Assembly (NCBI GenBank): GCA_964016885.1
Contig: OZ024741.1
Span: 348,068,001-348,132,000, forward strand
Origin: Eledone cirrhosa
Taxonomy: Eukaryota
Direction of reading: 5' to 3'
DNA length: 64,000 bases
The position numbers and the translations under genes were made by a program. Positions 13,606 through 25,860 of the stretch are shown here, one piece after another (the stretch's first letter is position 1; every line of letters starts with the position of its first letter). The notes under the pieces were generated by a model. The model saw only the letters and a program-made list of their open reading frames with translations. It had not been told where the DNA came from and searched no databases.

Positions 13606-13975
13606 TCTCTGAGAGACAATATATATATATTTCTCAGTTGTAAAGGCTCTCTCTCTCTCTCTCTCTATCACCCATCTCTCCTCCTCTCTTATACTCCTTC
13701 CTTCTTATACTCCTCCCACGCGATTCTTTACTCTCATCTCCTCCTCTTCCTTACCCCCCCCCCACACTTTTTCCCAATCTCATACATCAATCTTAAATTA
13801 TTTTTCATATGTTGATTTAAATCTTTACTATTCATAAGTGTTTTTTAAGCTTCATATCAGGTATCCCTATTTTATCTGATGAGAACGCAGATATCATCCC
13901 ATGATGATATTCGTTTTTGAAATGCGCATAATAAAATACTTGGAACTCTTTTAGCCATCTTTTGATCTTATATTA
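13606..13975 (+). mobile_element. Solo PLE terminal-repeat (pLTR) fragment, same family as 56240-56640
   Basis: Reverse-complement similarity to 56240-56640; contains a hammerhead motif; ends in (TA)n. Confidence 0.75.
13870..13936 (+). ncRNA. Type I hammerhead ribozyme (canonical core)
   Basis: TTTTAT-CTGATGA-stem II (GAACG..ATATCATC..GATGATAT..CGTT)-GAAA-TGCGCA (palindromic stem III)-TA-ATAAAA. Confidence 0.8.
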
Positions 13976-14035
13976 TATATATATATATATATACGATATT
14001 AAATAAATGGAAACTATATTTATAAAACCATATTT

Positions 14036-14098
14036 ATTTCATTATACATATTTCAGGGATACCAAATTAAAATAGGGTATGCCTTCATCAGACAAAAT
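14036..14098 (-). ncRNA. Type I hammerhead ribozyme (canonical core)
   Basis: ATTTTGT-CTGATGA-AGGCATACC..GGTATCCCT-GAAA-TATGTA-TA-ATGAAAT on the minus strand. Confidence 0.75.
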
Positions 14099-15516
14099 AC
14101 AATATTTAAACAGTTTTATAAATAATTTTGACGTACCCTATTAAATGCAACCATTATTTATGGAAGCTGCCTGGATAGTGAAATGTTTATATTATTTTAT
14201 TAGTTATAGTGTTAAGCACAATTAGAAAAAGACGGAGAGAAAGAAAAAACGGAGAGAGAGAAGGAGAGAGAAAGAAGGAGAGAGAGAAAAAGAAAACCTG
14301 GAGAAATATCGGAGAGAGAGAGAAATGTATGTAGAAAAGAAAGAGATAAATAGATAGGAGGAAATAAAAAAGAAAGAAAAAAGGAAGAAATAAGAAAAAC
14401 AAAGGAAAGCAACAGAGAGATAATAAGTCATCTTACAGATAGAACAACTCAAGAGAGAGAAAATACGATATAGAGAGAGGGGGAGATAATGACAACTTTA
14501 CGTCATGTTATATTTAGTTGAGTTAACAATTTATATGAAATGAATAATAAAAATATTTATATCAATATTCATGAATGGGACATCGATATATAATATGAGA
14601 AAATAACATTGTTCAATAATGACCATATGTTTAGTTTAAAAACTTGAGGTCAATATACCAAAATCTGAGTTAAAACCTTCAAAAAAGTATCCTATTTATA
14701 AAAATCAGGATACAAATATGTATATATATATACACACATATGTACGTCCTGAAAATAGAAATTATGTCTACTCAAGTCAATAATATAGACACACAAGGCG
14801 CAAATGATTTCACTTGATCAAGTATATATACATAAATATACGATTAATATTCATGTCCCCATATATATGATTACCGTTCGTGTATTTAATATTATGCATA
14901 TCTGCAACATACATCACATATAGACACACACATATATACACATACATATGTATAAATAAATATCTGCGTGAGTCTGCCAGCATCGTTCATGTATATATAC
15001 AGACATATATACAAACACATAAATAGACCCTATAACACTTGTATATGCATGTTAATACACACATATGGCATTTGTATAGAGATAATCACATATCAATATA
15101 TTAATATAGAAATATCAAAGCATTAAATATCATTAAAACACTATAGAGTATCTCAAGTTAAAATAAAATGTGTTATATATTTAGTATAGAAGTTTATCCT
15201 ACCTATATCTCAAAAAAGATATTGAAAGGGTAGACATATGAAAGTTATTAGAAGCTATCAGAGTCAAAGCAAATAAAAAAATAAAAATAATTTAAAAGAT
15301 TTAGAAGACCCAGTGATTCTACTGATAGCCTTATATTTAGTATAGAAATCTATCTTACGTATATTTTATTTAATACATTGGGAGCATTTACATTTTAGAG
15401 TAGTTTATTATATCCTTGTTTATATTTAGGAAGAAAGTTTAAAATGAAAAAGGTGAAGGAATCTAATGATTTATCGACAGGTTTCATATATGAACTAAAT
15501 TTCTTAATTAATTATA

Positions 15517-15930
15517 CTACATTTTAAATTTATATTTATATTTAAACGTTGAGTTCAATCTATGTCTGCACCAACTGAATAAATTGCTCCTTAAATTAAG
15601 GGAATTTTTGGACTTTAATATAAAGAATATTTCTTCTATACAAAGATCACAGTTTTCTGAAGAGGAATTAACGGGAGTACCTTGTGAAATAACATTCCGA
15701 ATCATCGAATATTTAATATTATCTCGTTTAAGGTGCCAGAGTAGGCTAGATAGCGAAGTTGAAGATTTTTTGTTTGGATCTGTCAAAGAATTTTTATGAT
15801 TATTGAAGCGAAGTTTAAATTCTGTCGAGGTGGGACCAACATAGTTGAAAGAATTTAAATTAGTTTTAACATTACAATTGTACACTACATTTTTAGCTAA
15901 GCAGTTGTTATTTAACGGACAGTTAGATTT
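15517..15930 (-). pseudogene. GIY-YIG endonuclease C-terminus, Naiad-type PLE
   Basis: CPLNNNCLAKNVVYNC..YVGPTSTEFKLRFNNHKNS..TSLSSLLWHLK..CDLCIEE..LNLRSNLFSWCRH. Confidence 0.85.
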
Positions 15931-16083
15931 TTCTAACTGTGCTTAACACTATAACACTATAACACTATAACACTATAACTAATAAAATAATATAAACATT
16001 TCACTATCCAGACAACTTCCATAAATAATGGTTGCATTTAATAGGATACGTCAAAATTATTTATAAAACTGTTTATATATTGT

Positions 16084-16146
16084 ATTTTGTCTGATGAAGG
16101 CATACCATATTTTAATTTGGTTTCCCTGAAATATGTATAATGAAAT
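16084..16146 (+). ncRNA. Type I hammerhead ribozyme (inverted copy of 14036-14098)
   Basis: ATTTTGT-CTGATGA-AGG..CCT-GAAA-TATGTA-TA-ATGAAAT. Confidence 0.72.
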
Positions 16147-16275
16147 AAATATGGTTTTATAAATATAGTTTCCATTTATTTAATAACGTATATCTACTCC
16201 AAAAACTTTTCGAGTGCTTTATATAAGTTATAAAATAGTTACTTGTTGTATCCCAACAATTTTAAATAGAACTTT

Positions 16276-16328
<53 letters not shown>

Positions 16329-16331
<3 letters not shown>

Positions 16332-16507
16332 GCAATATTGGTAGAGGGTTGGACACCATGCTTTCCAGCATAGTTACGTCTCTTTACGGTCTGAGTTCAA
16401 GTCCCGTCGAGGTTAACTTTGCCTTTCATCCTTACGGGGTCGATAAAATAAAGTACCAGTAATGTACTGGGTATTTGCTGGCCTTGTGCCAAAAGTAGAA
16501 ACAATTA

Positions 16508-16508
<1 letters not shown>
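16329..16508 (+). mobile_element. tRNA-derived SINE family 1
   Basis: A-box-like tggcaatattggt, B-box gagttcaagtccc, body ttaactttgcctttcatccttacggggtcgataaaataaagtaccag, tail gtgccaaaagtagaaacaattat; several copies in window. Confidence 0.85.
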
Positions 16509-16542
<34 letters not shown>

Positions 16543-16544
16543 AG

Positions 16545-16730
16545 TATAAGGGGTATTTGTTGAATTTCTAACCGATAAGGTATGATTTTCATGGGTATGT
16601 CTATTTATAAAAAAAACTTTGTATTTTATCCGATGAAAACGTACCAATGTTGTCTTGGTACCCTTGAAATATATATAATAAAATAAATAAGGTTTTATAA
16701 ATATAGTTTCCATTTATTTAATATCATTGT
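16545..16730 (+). mobile_element. pLTR fragment with HHR variant (CCGATGA core at 16630; HHR 16623-16684), same family as 52000-52260
   Basis: Near-identical to 52005-52180; flanked by (TA)n. Confidence 0.75.
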
Positions 16731-16741
16731 ATATATATATA

Positions 16742-16960
16742 TCGACAGTCGATCGACTTTCGTCAAATCGGACGGAGGAAACAATGTTTCCGTTGCTCTT
16801 TCCAATTGCTAGTACTCTCTATCGGTCGCAACTCCAGGTAGATGGAGCAACGTGAAATAAAGTGTCTTGCTCAAGGACATAACGCACGCCCGGTCCGGGA
16901 ATCGAACTCACAACCTCACGATTGGGAATCCAATTCTCTAACCACTCGGCCACATGCCTT
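16742..16960 (-). mobile_element. tRNA-derived SINE family 2 (CORE/V-like body)
   Basis: Minus strand tggccgagtggttaga...gagttcgattcccgg then gtccttgagcaagacactttatttcacgttgctcc; second copy at 37188. Confidence 0.85.
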
Positions 16961-17027
16961 CATATATGTATATAAATATATATAAGTGTGTATACGTACA
17001 TATATATACGTATACAGACGTACAGTA

Positions 17028-17424
17028 GTACGGCTGTTATTTAAATATAAGTATGTATATGTACATACATATATGTATACAGACGTACAGTAGTATGTAT
17101 ATATATATACATACATGCACACATATATATATGTACGTATGGATTTACCGTACATTTATTATAATGCTCGGTGTGTTTGTAAACAAACAACCCGAATCGT
17201 TCCTTTGTCAGTGTTGAACAAAAGGGCAACGTTGGTTGCTAAACACTGTACGGCTTAATTCGGGATGTTTGTTTACAAACACACCGAGCATTATAATAAA
17301 TGTTTGGTAAATCCATACATATATATATGTGTGCATGTATGTATATATATATACATACTACTGTACGTCTGTATACATATATGTATGTACATATACATAC
17401 TTATATTTAAATAACAGCCGTACT
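17028..17424. repeat. Foldback: ~170-bp inverted arms around a ~60-bp spacer; same family as 49640-49930
   Basis: catttattataatgctcggtgtgtttgtaaacaaaca.cccgaat vs attcggg.tgtttgtttacaaacacaccgagcattataataaatg. Confidence 0.85.
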
Positions 17425-18038
17425 AAGAGTGAGAAATGAAATTTGGTTTCATTTTTTCCGTTTAAATATATATATATATATGTATATATATATTTATATA
17501 TATATATATTAATATATATATATAAATATATATATTTATTAAAATAACAGATTAAAGTTTAAGCAAAGAATTTACTCTAAGTACTCTCTTACTCCGGCAC
17601 GTTATGGTTCACCTGGTTTCTTACCACACTTTCTTTGTTATATATATATAGAAATAATAATAAATTTGAAGACTAAAATCCAAAGAATGCTCGATAAGGA
17701 TAAATATATATCAAATATATAAGAACCGTATATATATATATATAAATACTGTTGTTGATGTTAGTGTCCATAAAGTTAGCTCCATTTACACCCAGCAGTT
17801 GTGGCAACTATAAAAGCTCAGATTTGCAATCAACTCGATAGTTAAATGTAATACAACACTTCACTAGTGATTTCGTCTGTTTACAGATTAGCCAAAATAT
17901 GTTAATTTTAATCGACTGTGAACTTAATGTGAAATATTTTTATAGGTAAAGATGACACCTATACAAAATTGTTTTATCACACCATAGATATATGTTGTTG
18001 TTGTTGTGTTCTACACTTGCTAGAGAAAGAGAGTGAGT

Positions 18039-18102
<64 letters not shown>
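18039..18102. repeat. (GA)n microsatellite
   Basis: Perfect dinucleotide run; similar runs at 19194-19260, 51856-51904 and 56532-56596. Confidence 0.95.
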
Positions 18103-18106
<4 letters not shown>

Positions 18107-18592
18107 TCATGCATATTAAGGAGATAGCTCCTCTCTAAACAACACCTTTTATAAGGTGGCTATTATAGCTGGTGGATATTATTTGGTCAATAATAGAAGA
18201 CATTTAACATAACGATATAATTTACGGTGTATGTAAAATATATTTGCATTAATATCTTTCTTGACAGCTGCAGACTTGTGAGAAATAAGTAGGTGTGGTT
18301 GAGGTCACGCATAATGCAAAGGGAAAAATGATCTTTGGGTTGAATTATTTACACGAATGTGTATTATATATGCATATATATCTAACATCTTATTTTGTTA
18401 AGATTTATGCATCTCTACACTTTAATAGTACGTACGCGCTAACAGAGGCAAGTATCCAAGCCAACATACAAACGAAGATACGCTTGTGTGCGTACATACG
18501 GACGCACACGCAGATACAATCACACACAGATACGATTACGGACATATACTCCCCCCCCCCCCACACACACACGTACGTATATATATATAAGC

Positions 18593-18683
<91 letters not shown>

Positions 18684-18721
18684 ATATATATGTGTGTGTG
18701 TGTGTATGTGTGTATATATAT

Positions 18722-19263
<542 letters not shown>

Positions 19264-19848
19264 ATGGTAATGAAACTGAGATGTCCACTAGTCATGGGAG
19301 TAGTCAATGTATGTGGATATGCACAAAATGATAAAATGATATAGAGATGTGTAAAATCACGAACACTGCGCCGCATTCGGAATTTTACATATATATAAAC
19401 CCTCTGAATATATATATATATATATTAAAATAGCAGATTAAAGTTTAAGCAAAGAATCGCTGCTTTCACCCTTAACGGGATCTGCTGAAACTAAAAAAAA
19501 TCAATCTGTGAACGCAAAAGTGAATATTTCGAAAAAGGTTGCAACCGAAGGATGACGGGAAGATGATACTTTGGTTCGTGGAAGCGTTCCCTGGCAAAGA
19601 ACGAAAAAAAACGAACATAATACATCAATATTTGGAGCAGTGAAAACAATTACACGCAAAGACAAAACCACGTTTATGATATAAATGAAGTCGTAGACTA
19701 ATATTCTATTAGGTGGTGTGTGGAGACGTTCTCTTGCAATAAACCGAAAAAACGAAGATATTACGTCATTATGTGGAGAACAATTACAGGCAAAGCCTCA
19801 AAGAAATGTTTCTTACCAGGTTCTTTGTATTTCATATATATATATGAT

Positions 19849-19892
<44 letters not shown>

Positions 19893-19894
<2 letters not shown>

Positions 19895-20777
19895 TTGTAA
19901 AAGGAAAAAAAATGCTGACAATTTTTTTCCCAGTGAAAAATAGTTTAATTAGGAATAAGTATACATTAGTAATAAATATTGGTTAGTATTCAGTTTAAGT
20001 TTTAAGTTTTTGCCGGTTGCGCATTTCTAATGCTTTTCAAAAATAATTTTGAGATAGAGCACTCGTGATTTTTGCTCTAATCTGAGTACTATAAATATCG
20101 CGCCAATTCGTGTTGCAAAAATTATTGTAGTCAAAACAATTTTGATTGGTCGGTAGAGGTCACGTGAATGTTAAAAATTGATTTTGCGCCAAATGTAGGT
20201 TTGTCGAAGAGTGTCCTTTTTCGCCTGATTGAGAAGTCACTGAAAAATAAGTTTATTAAGACAAATATATATGTGTGTGTGTGTAGTAAAGAGGTTCATT
20301 GTTGTGATAATGGTCAGTAGGGATGTGTGTGTGAATTGAAGTCATGTTGAAAGATCAACAGTTCAGGTGTCTATTGAGACAAATATTTGGCGCAAAATTT
20401 ATTTTTAACATTCACGTGACCTCTACCGACCAATCAAAATTGTTTTGACTACAAGAATTTTTGCAACACGAATTGGCGCGAAATTTATAGTACACATTCA
20501 CGTGACATTCAACAACCAACCAAATCTTAATACCTCTGGAGCCACTTTTTTCACATGAAACAGGAACAATTTTCCAAACTGATCAGATTAGAGCAAACAT
20601 CACGAGCGCTCTATCTCAAAATTATTTCTGAAAAGCATTAGAAATGCGCAACCCATAAAAGCTTAAAACTAAAACTGAATACTAACCAATACTTATTACT
20701 AATTTATACTTATTCCTAATTAAACTATTTTCACTGGGAAACATTTTTCAGCATTTCCTTTTTCTTTTACTAATATA
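19893..20777. mobile_element. Long-TIR foldback/MITE inserted in (TA)n
   Basis: 19893-20190 is the reverse complement of 20385-20490 plus 20585-20777; partial copy at 55505-55992; no ORF. Confidence 0.82.
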
Positions 20778-21426
20778 TCACAACTCGTGTGTTACACCTC
20801 TATTTTTTAAAATATATATGTGTGTGTGTGTGTATGTGTGTATCTTTTTATTTGTTTTTGACATCTTCATAAATATTACCTCATTTATGTGCATTCTCGC
20901 AGAATGCTTTCGTGACGTTATACTAATGTAATACTCATCTATATATTTAATGTAGATTTTAAAATAAATAAATAAATAAATATATATATATATAATATGG
21001 ATTCTTAAATGCTTTATTAAAAGGCTTTTTTTATTACTTCTGACATGCCAGATTCTATCATTTCTGGAAGGGTTATGATACAACGGAAATTTAAATTGCT
21101 TCCCAAACAACCTTCAAAGGAATCATTGAGGGGTCGATATTTTTAGTTTATTATAGACAGGAAATATGAGTTTACTATTAAATGTCTATTAAGTTTTTAT
21201 TCATCTTGAGGTGCTTTCAGACTGGTTCCCCATCCATCAGTAATCTTTCAGTAATCTTGCCGAATAATATGTGTTTGATAGATTAATATTATTTTCATAG
21301 AATGATCCAATTTAAAATGGTCCATGCAAGAACTGTGTTCTTAATCTTTTGCGAAGCTGTTCTACTTTAAAGGTGTCACCAAACACGCTGGTAGCTAATA
21401 CAAATACATTGTATTTTATGTTAGTG

Positions 21427-21620
21427 TGTGATGAGATGATTTGTTTTATAGCATCACTTTCTTCTCTTTGATTTGATTCCTTTTTATTCTTATTCGTTCT
21501 ATTCGTTCTGTTCTTGTTTGTTGTATTGTTAACCAATGCTAATTTCTTCTCATTTTGACTCTTTCTATATTATTCTTTCACTGAATAAAAACCTTTGATT
21601 TGGTACAAAATAATACAACA
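21427..21620 (+). repeat. 5' LTR
   Basis: Direct repeat of 25230-25423. Confidence 0.92.
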
Positions 21621-21633
21621 ATTTTATTCAATC

Positions 21634-24600
21634 ATGGTGACGAAAATATTCAAGAAAATTCTCCCGGATGATCCTAGTGAATCCGATTATGCATACTGGA
21701 AGTGAATGTTGGCGATCTATTTGGAAAACTTGTCTGTTCCTGACGAAACTACGCTGTCAGTCCTGTTTTTTGCGGAGCCAATGCTTATACTCTCATTGAA
21801 GAAGCAACATAATTTGATGAGGCGTTATCCATTCTTGATAATAAATTTCAAAAGAAAGGCTCACGAATAATGACCCGACATAAACTACGCAACCATCGTC
21901 AACAAGAAAGACATTCATTGGAGGCCTACATGACTGAATTAAAAGCCCTCGCAAAGAATTGCCCCACTAAAACCCTAACATGGAACCACATAGACAATTG
22001 TTGATTTGTGATGCGTTCGTGTCGAGTGTCCAATCCGCCACCATAAAACAAAGACTTCTGGAATCACCTGACGAAAATCTAGATAAAATATTCCAAACTG
22101 CTCTCAATTTAGAACTGGCAATAGAAGACGCACAAAATCTGTCAACAACAACAATATAACCGCCATCACAACCCGTATTCGCTGCTTCTTCATCAAAATG
22201 TTTCTGGTGTGGTGGTTCATATCACCAAAAATCAGAGTGCCCTGCAAAAAATTCAACTTGCAATTTCTGCCACAAGAAAGACCACAGGGCAACAGTATGT
22301 TTTGTTAAAATAAGAAGGTACTAAAGAAGATAAAACACGCAGCAGTCTTGAATAATAACAAGGGCCCCGATGAAGCATATGATGGCAGTAATCTTGCTGC
22401 CTGTTATAAACTTGCTTCCGTGAATCATAATACAAACCTTTTAACAATGTATGTCAATTCACATAAAACAGAAGGTTTACTTGACACAGGCTCAGACAAG
22501 TCTTTCATTGACATGAACCTCTTGTCGAAATGGCAAAGTAAATTCAAGAAAACTAAGAATAAGAGTGTAATTTTAGCCGACAACAATAAACTCATAATAC
22601 GAGGTACGTTTGAAACAACATTAGAATGGGGGGGGGGCGAGAATACCACATCGATCTAATGGTTGTTGACAAACTCATTGCTCCAGTAGTTATGGGTCTT
22701 GATATATTTAAAAAGGCATAAGTCTTTAACAATAAAATATGCGGGGGACATGAGAGCAGTCACGATATGTATGTCAATGCAAACTCTTAATTGTGAAGAA
22801 TATGATTTAATGCCTGGTATCGATACTACACAATTAAAACCATTATCTATACCTCATCGAAAATACAATAAAGATCAGCAATTCATTAAAACGGAAATCG
22901 ACAGAATGCTTAAAGCTGGAATAATTCAACAGAGCAGAAGCCCATGGAAAGCGCAGTGCTTCGTAATAGATCAAGAAAACAAACGTCTTGTCATAGACTA
23001 CTCAGGCACTATAAATCGTTACACACCATTAGATTAATACCCTAATGCCATAATCGAAGACCTACTCAACAAAATTTCAAAACACACGTATTTCTCGAAA
23101 ATAGATCTAAAGGCGGCATATCACCAAATACCCATCAAATCTTCCGACTTTAAGTTGACTGCATTCGAGGCCTGTGGCCGACTATACGAAGTTACCCGTC
23201 TTCCGTTTGGATGCACAAATGCCGTTCCAATTTTCCAACGAATAATGGACACTTTCATAGACCAATTACACTTACAAAATACCTACTGATACATTGACGA
23301 CATTAGTGATGAACTCGGATAATTGCTGGACTTGTGCCAAAAGTAGAAACAATTATTATAGGAGGGACACAGTCGAAGAACATAACCATAACCTAGAGGA
23401 ATTCATGAATGCAGCTAACAATGCAGGTATGCAATTGAATCGAGACAAATGCAGCTTTAATCAAAGTAGAATACCTTTCCTTGAACATGTCTTAGAAAAG
23501 GTGAATTAAGATCGTACCCTGTAAGGTATAAAGCCCTTATTGACATGCCGTTCCCAAAGACGTTAAAAGAGTTGACCCGGGTAATCGGTCTTTTTACATA
23601 CTATGCTAAATGGATTAAGGGCTCTTCTAACCTCTCAGTCGTTCTTACAAAGGCAAGAAACACCATTGATAAACAAGGTCTATCAAAGAAGAAAAATATA
23701 TTATTAATAAGATGAAGGAAGAACTCATAAAGGCATCACTGTGTTCAGCCGATTTCACTGCACCATTTATAATCGAAACCGACGCATGGCGGAACTCTAT
23801 CACAAAATGGTCGTCCAATTGCTTTTCTTAGTAGAACCCTAAATAAGTCAGAAAGAGGACATTCCATCATCGAAAAGGAAGCTTGCGCAATTATAGAATG
23901 TTGTAGAAAATGGAGGCATATGATCAGTGTTGTTCCACATTGTAATATCATAACAGACCAACGATCGGTTGAATTTGCGTTCAACAAAAAACACACTTCC
24001 AAGATTAAAAACGAGAAGGTAGCCGCTGGCGACTGGAGTTAAGCGATCTTAACCTTACCTTCTCATATAGACCTGGTTCATTAAACCAAGCCGCAGACGC
24101 CCTATCGCGCTGCTGCTCTACTAAGACGGAACACGAATTATACAATATTCACTCACGTCTATGTCATCCGTATTGTAAATCAACCAACTTGGCATATTCT
24201 ATTAATGAAATAAGAGAAGTTATCGCCAATTGCAAAATATGCCGTGAATGTAAACCACAATTCTCTAAACCACCCAAAGGAAGATTAATATATGCCACAA
24301 GAACCTGGGAAAGACTATCAATGGATTTGTGGGTCCCATGGCTATCTCAAACGGTTTTCGATTTATGTTAACTATAATTGACGAGTACTCACGTTTTCCA
24401 TTCGCCATTCCCTGTAAAGAGTTAACAACGGACGTAGTAATTAAATATCTATTGGAGATATTCTCTATATTTGGAAAACCCAGTTCGATTCATATAGATA
24501 GGGGACGTCAATTTGAAATCACACAAACTCAAAGATTTCTTATGGAGTAATAACATTATAAAAATCCACACCACGCCATATCGACCCCAAGCCAACGGTC

Positions 24601-25213
24601 AATGCGAAAGAGTTAACGGCACAATATGCAAAGCGATAAGTCTGGCATTGAAGACAAATAATCTCAATAAAAATGAATGGAGTAACATGATTCCAATCGC
24701 TCTGTCGTCTATCCGAGGATTGCTTTGCACTGCTACAAACGCCAGTATTTTCATTCACCAGATCGACAAACGGCACAGAAATACCGGACATAATCGTGCT
24801 ACATCGACATCACATAAGGAATAAAGGTGATGATCTCACGGAAAACGTTCAACTCATCGAGACGATCTCACTTCACTTTGCCAAGGTACAATAGTGGAAG
24901 AATAGACACAGTTTTAACTACAAATCTCGCACCAGCAGCATCACCACAAAACAATGGAAATTCAACAACATCGGAGTGTCAGAATAATAGCTCCCCAAAA
25001 GGCACCAATTTAACTCAACCAACAGCAATATCTACACATGTGGCCGTTGGGAACGAAAGTATGATATCTACCGTCGATAACAATCCTACAGAGAGTGCTG
25101 AATTCGATGACGATGAATCTTCTGACACATTCTTAACCTCGAATAACACACCCCAACAACAAAGAACACGCCGAAGACGCTTAGTAGTGAGGCCAATGCG
25201 ATACAACGATTAA
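21634..25213 (+). pseudogene. gag-pol (Gag, protease, RT, RNase H, integrase) with stops and frameshifts
   Basis: Domain motifs in Gypsy order across fragmented ORFs. Confidence 0.9.
23318..23360 (+). mobile_element. SINE family 1 tail inserted in Gypsy RT
   Basis: ttgctggacttgtgccaaaagtagaaacaattattat just downstream of the YIDD motif. Confidence 0.75.
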
Positions 25214-25229
25214 CGCTAGAGGGAAAGAA

Positions 25230-25423
25230 TGTGATGATATGATTTGTTATATAGCATCACTTTCTTCTCTTTGATTTGATTCCTTTTTATTCTTATTCGT
25301 TGTTTTCGTTCTGTTCTTGTTTGTTGTATTGTTAACCCATGCTAATTTCTTCTCTTATTGACTCTTTCTATATAATTCTTAGATTGAATACAAACCTTTG
25401 ATTTGGTACAAAATAATACAACG
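25230..25423 (+). repeat. 3' LTR
   Basis: Direct repeat of 21427-21620, preceded by a polypurine tract. Confidence 0.92.
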
Positions 25424-25739
25424 TATTGAATTTGCATTAGATGATGTATTTATATAGCATTAGAGATAACAGCGGTATTAAAATGGCGAAACTCGAGGAA
25501 GCAATATCTTAACACCTCGAGTTCAATACGAATATATTTCCATATTGGCGTGTTAAAGAAAGCTGACGTCCAAATATCCAGCATCGTTGTTTAATTGATA
25601 TGTGTTTAACTCACAATATAATATTCCATAGTCGACTAGTCTTGTAGCATTATGTTCAAATAATGTGTCTTTCATGTGTATGTATGACGAGGTGTTTTAT
25701 TTATCGATTAGCGTCCTGAGATTTGTTGGATATCTTCTT

Positions 25740-25860
25740 CAGCATAAAATGATTTGATTTAAATGGGTGTTTCCCATCCTGATCTTTTCTAAATCAGGTG
25801 TAAATGTTAAAACTTTGCGTATCTAGGCTTTTCAATGTCCAGCAATGCTGCATAAGACGA
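25740..25860 (-). pseudogene. Possible decayed tyrosine-kinase subdomain XI exon
   Basis: Acceptor atttttatag then RLMQHCWTLKSLDTQSFN, frameshift, DLEKIRM; resembles Y.LM..CW......RP.F..I..DLEK of RTKs. Confidence 0.4.

Larger units (their letters stand above)
13990..16270 (-). mobile_element. 5'-truncated Naiad-like PLE with inverted pLTR copy (arms ~13990-14230 and ~15928-16190)
   Basis: GIY-YIG end at 15517-15930, long AT-rich 3' region, HHR in each arm, flanked by (TA)n. Confidence 0.85.
21427..25423 (+). mobile_element. Ty3/Gypsy LTR retrotransposon, Mag clade, full length but decayed
   Basis: ~194-bp LTRs 21427-21620 and 25230-25423 (TG...CA/CG); PPT agagggaaagaa; near-TSD tagtg/tattg; double knuckle CFWCGGSYHQKSECPAKNSTCNFCHKKDHRATVC; PR LLDTGS; RT IDLKAAYHQ, LPFG, YIDD; RNase H IETDA, EKEACAII, TDQRS, ADALSR; IN WERLSMD, IIDEYSRFPFA, NGQCER. 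Confidence 0.95.

Noticed and set aside
16870-16955. tRNA gene-like A/B boxes (also 37190-37260, 16330-16410)
   Set aside because: No complete cloverleaf, and they continue into SINE bodies; these are SINE heads.
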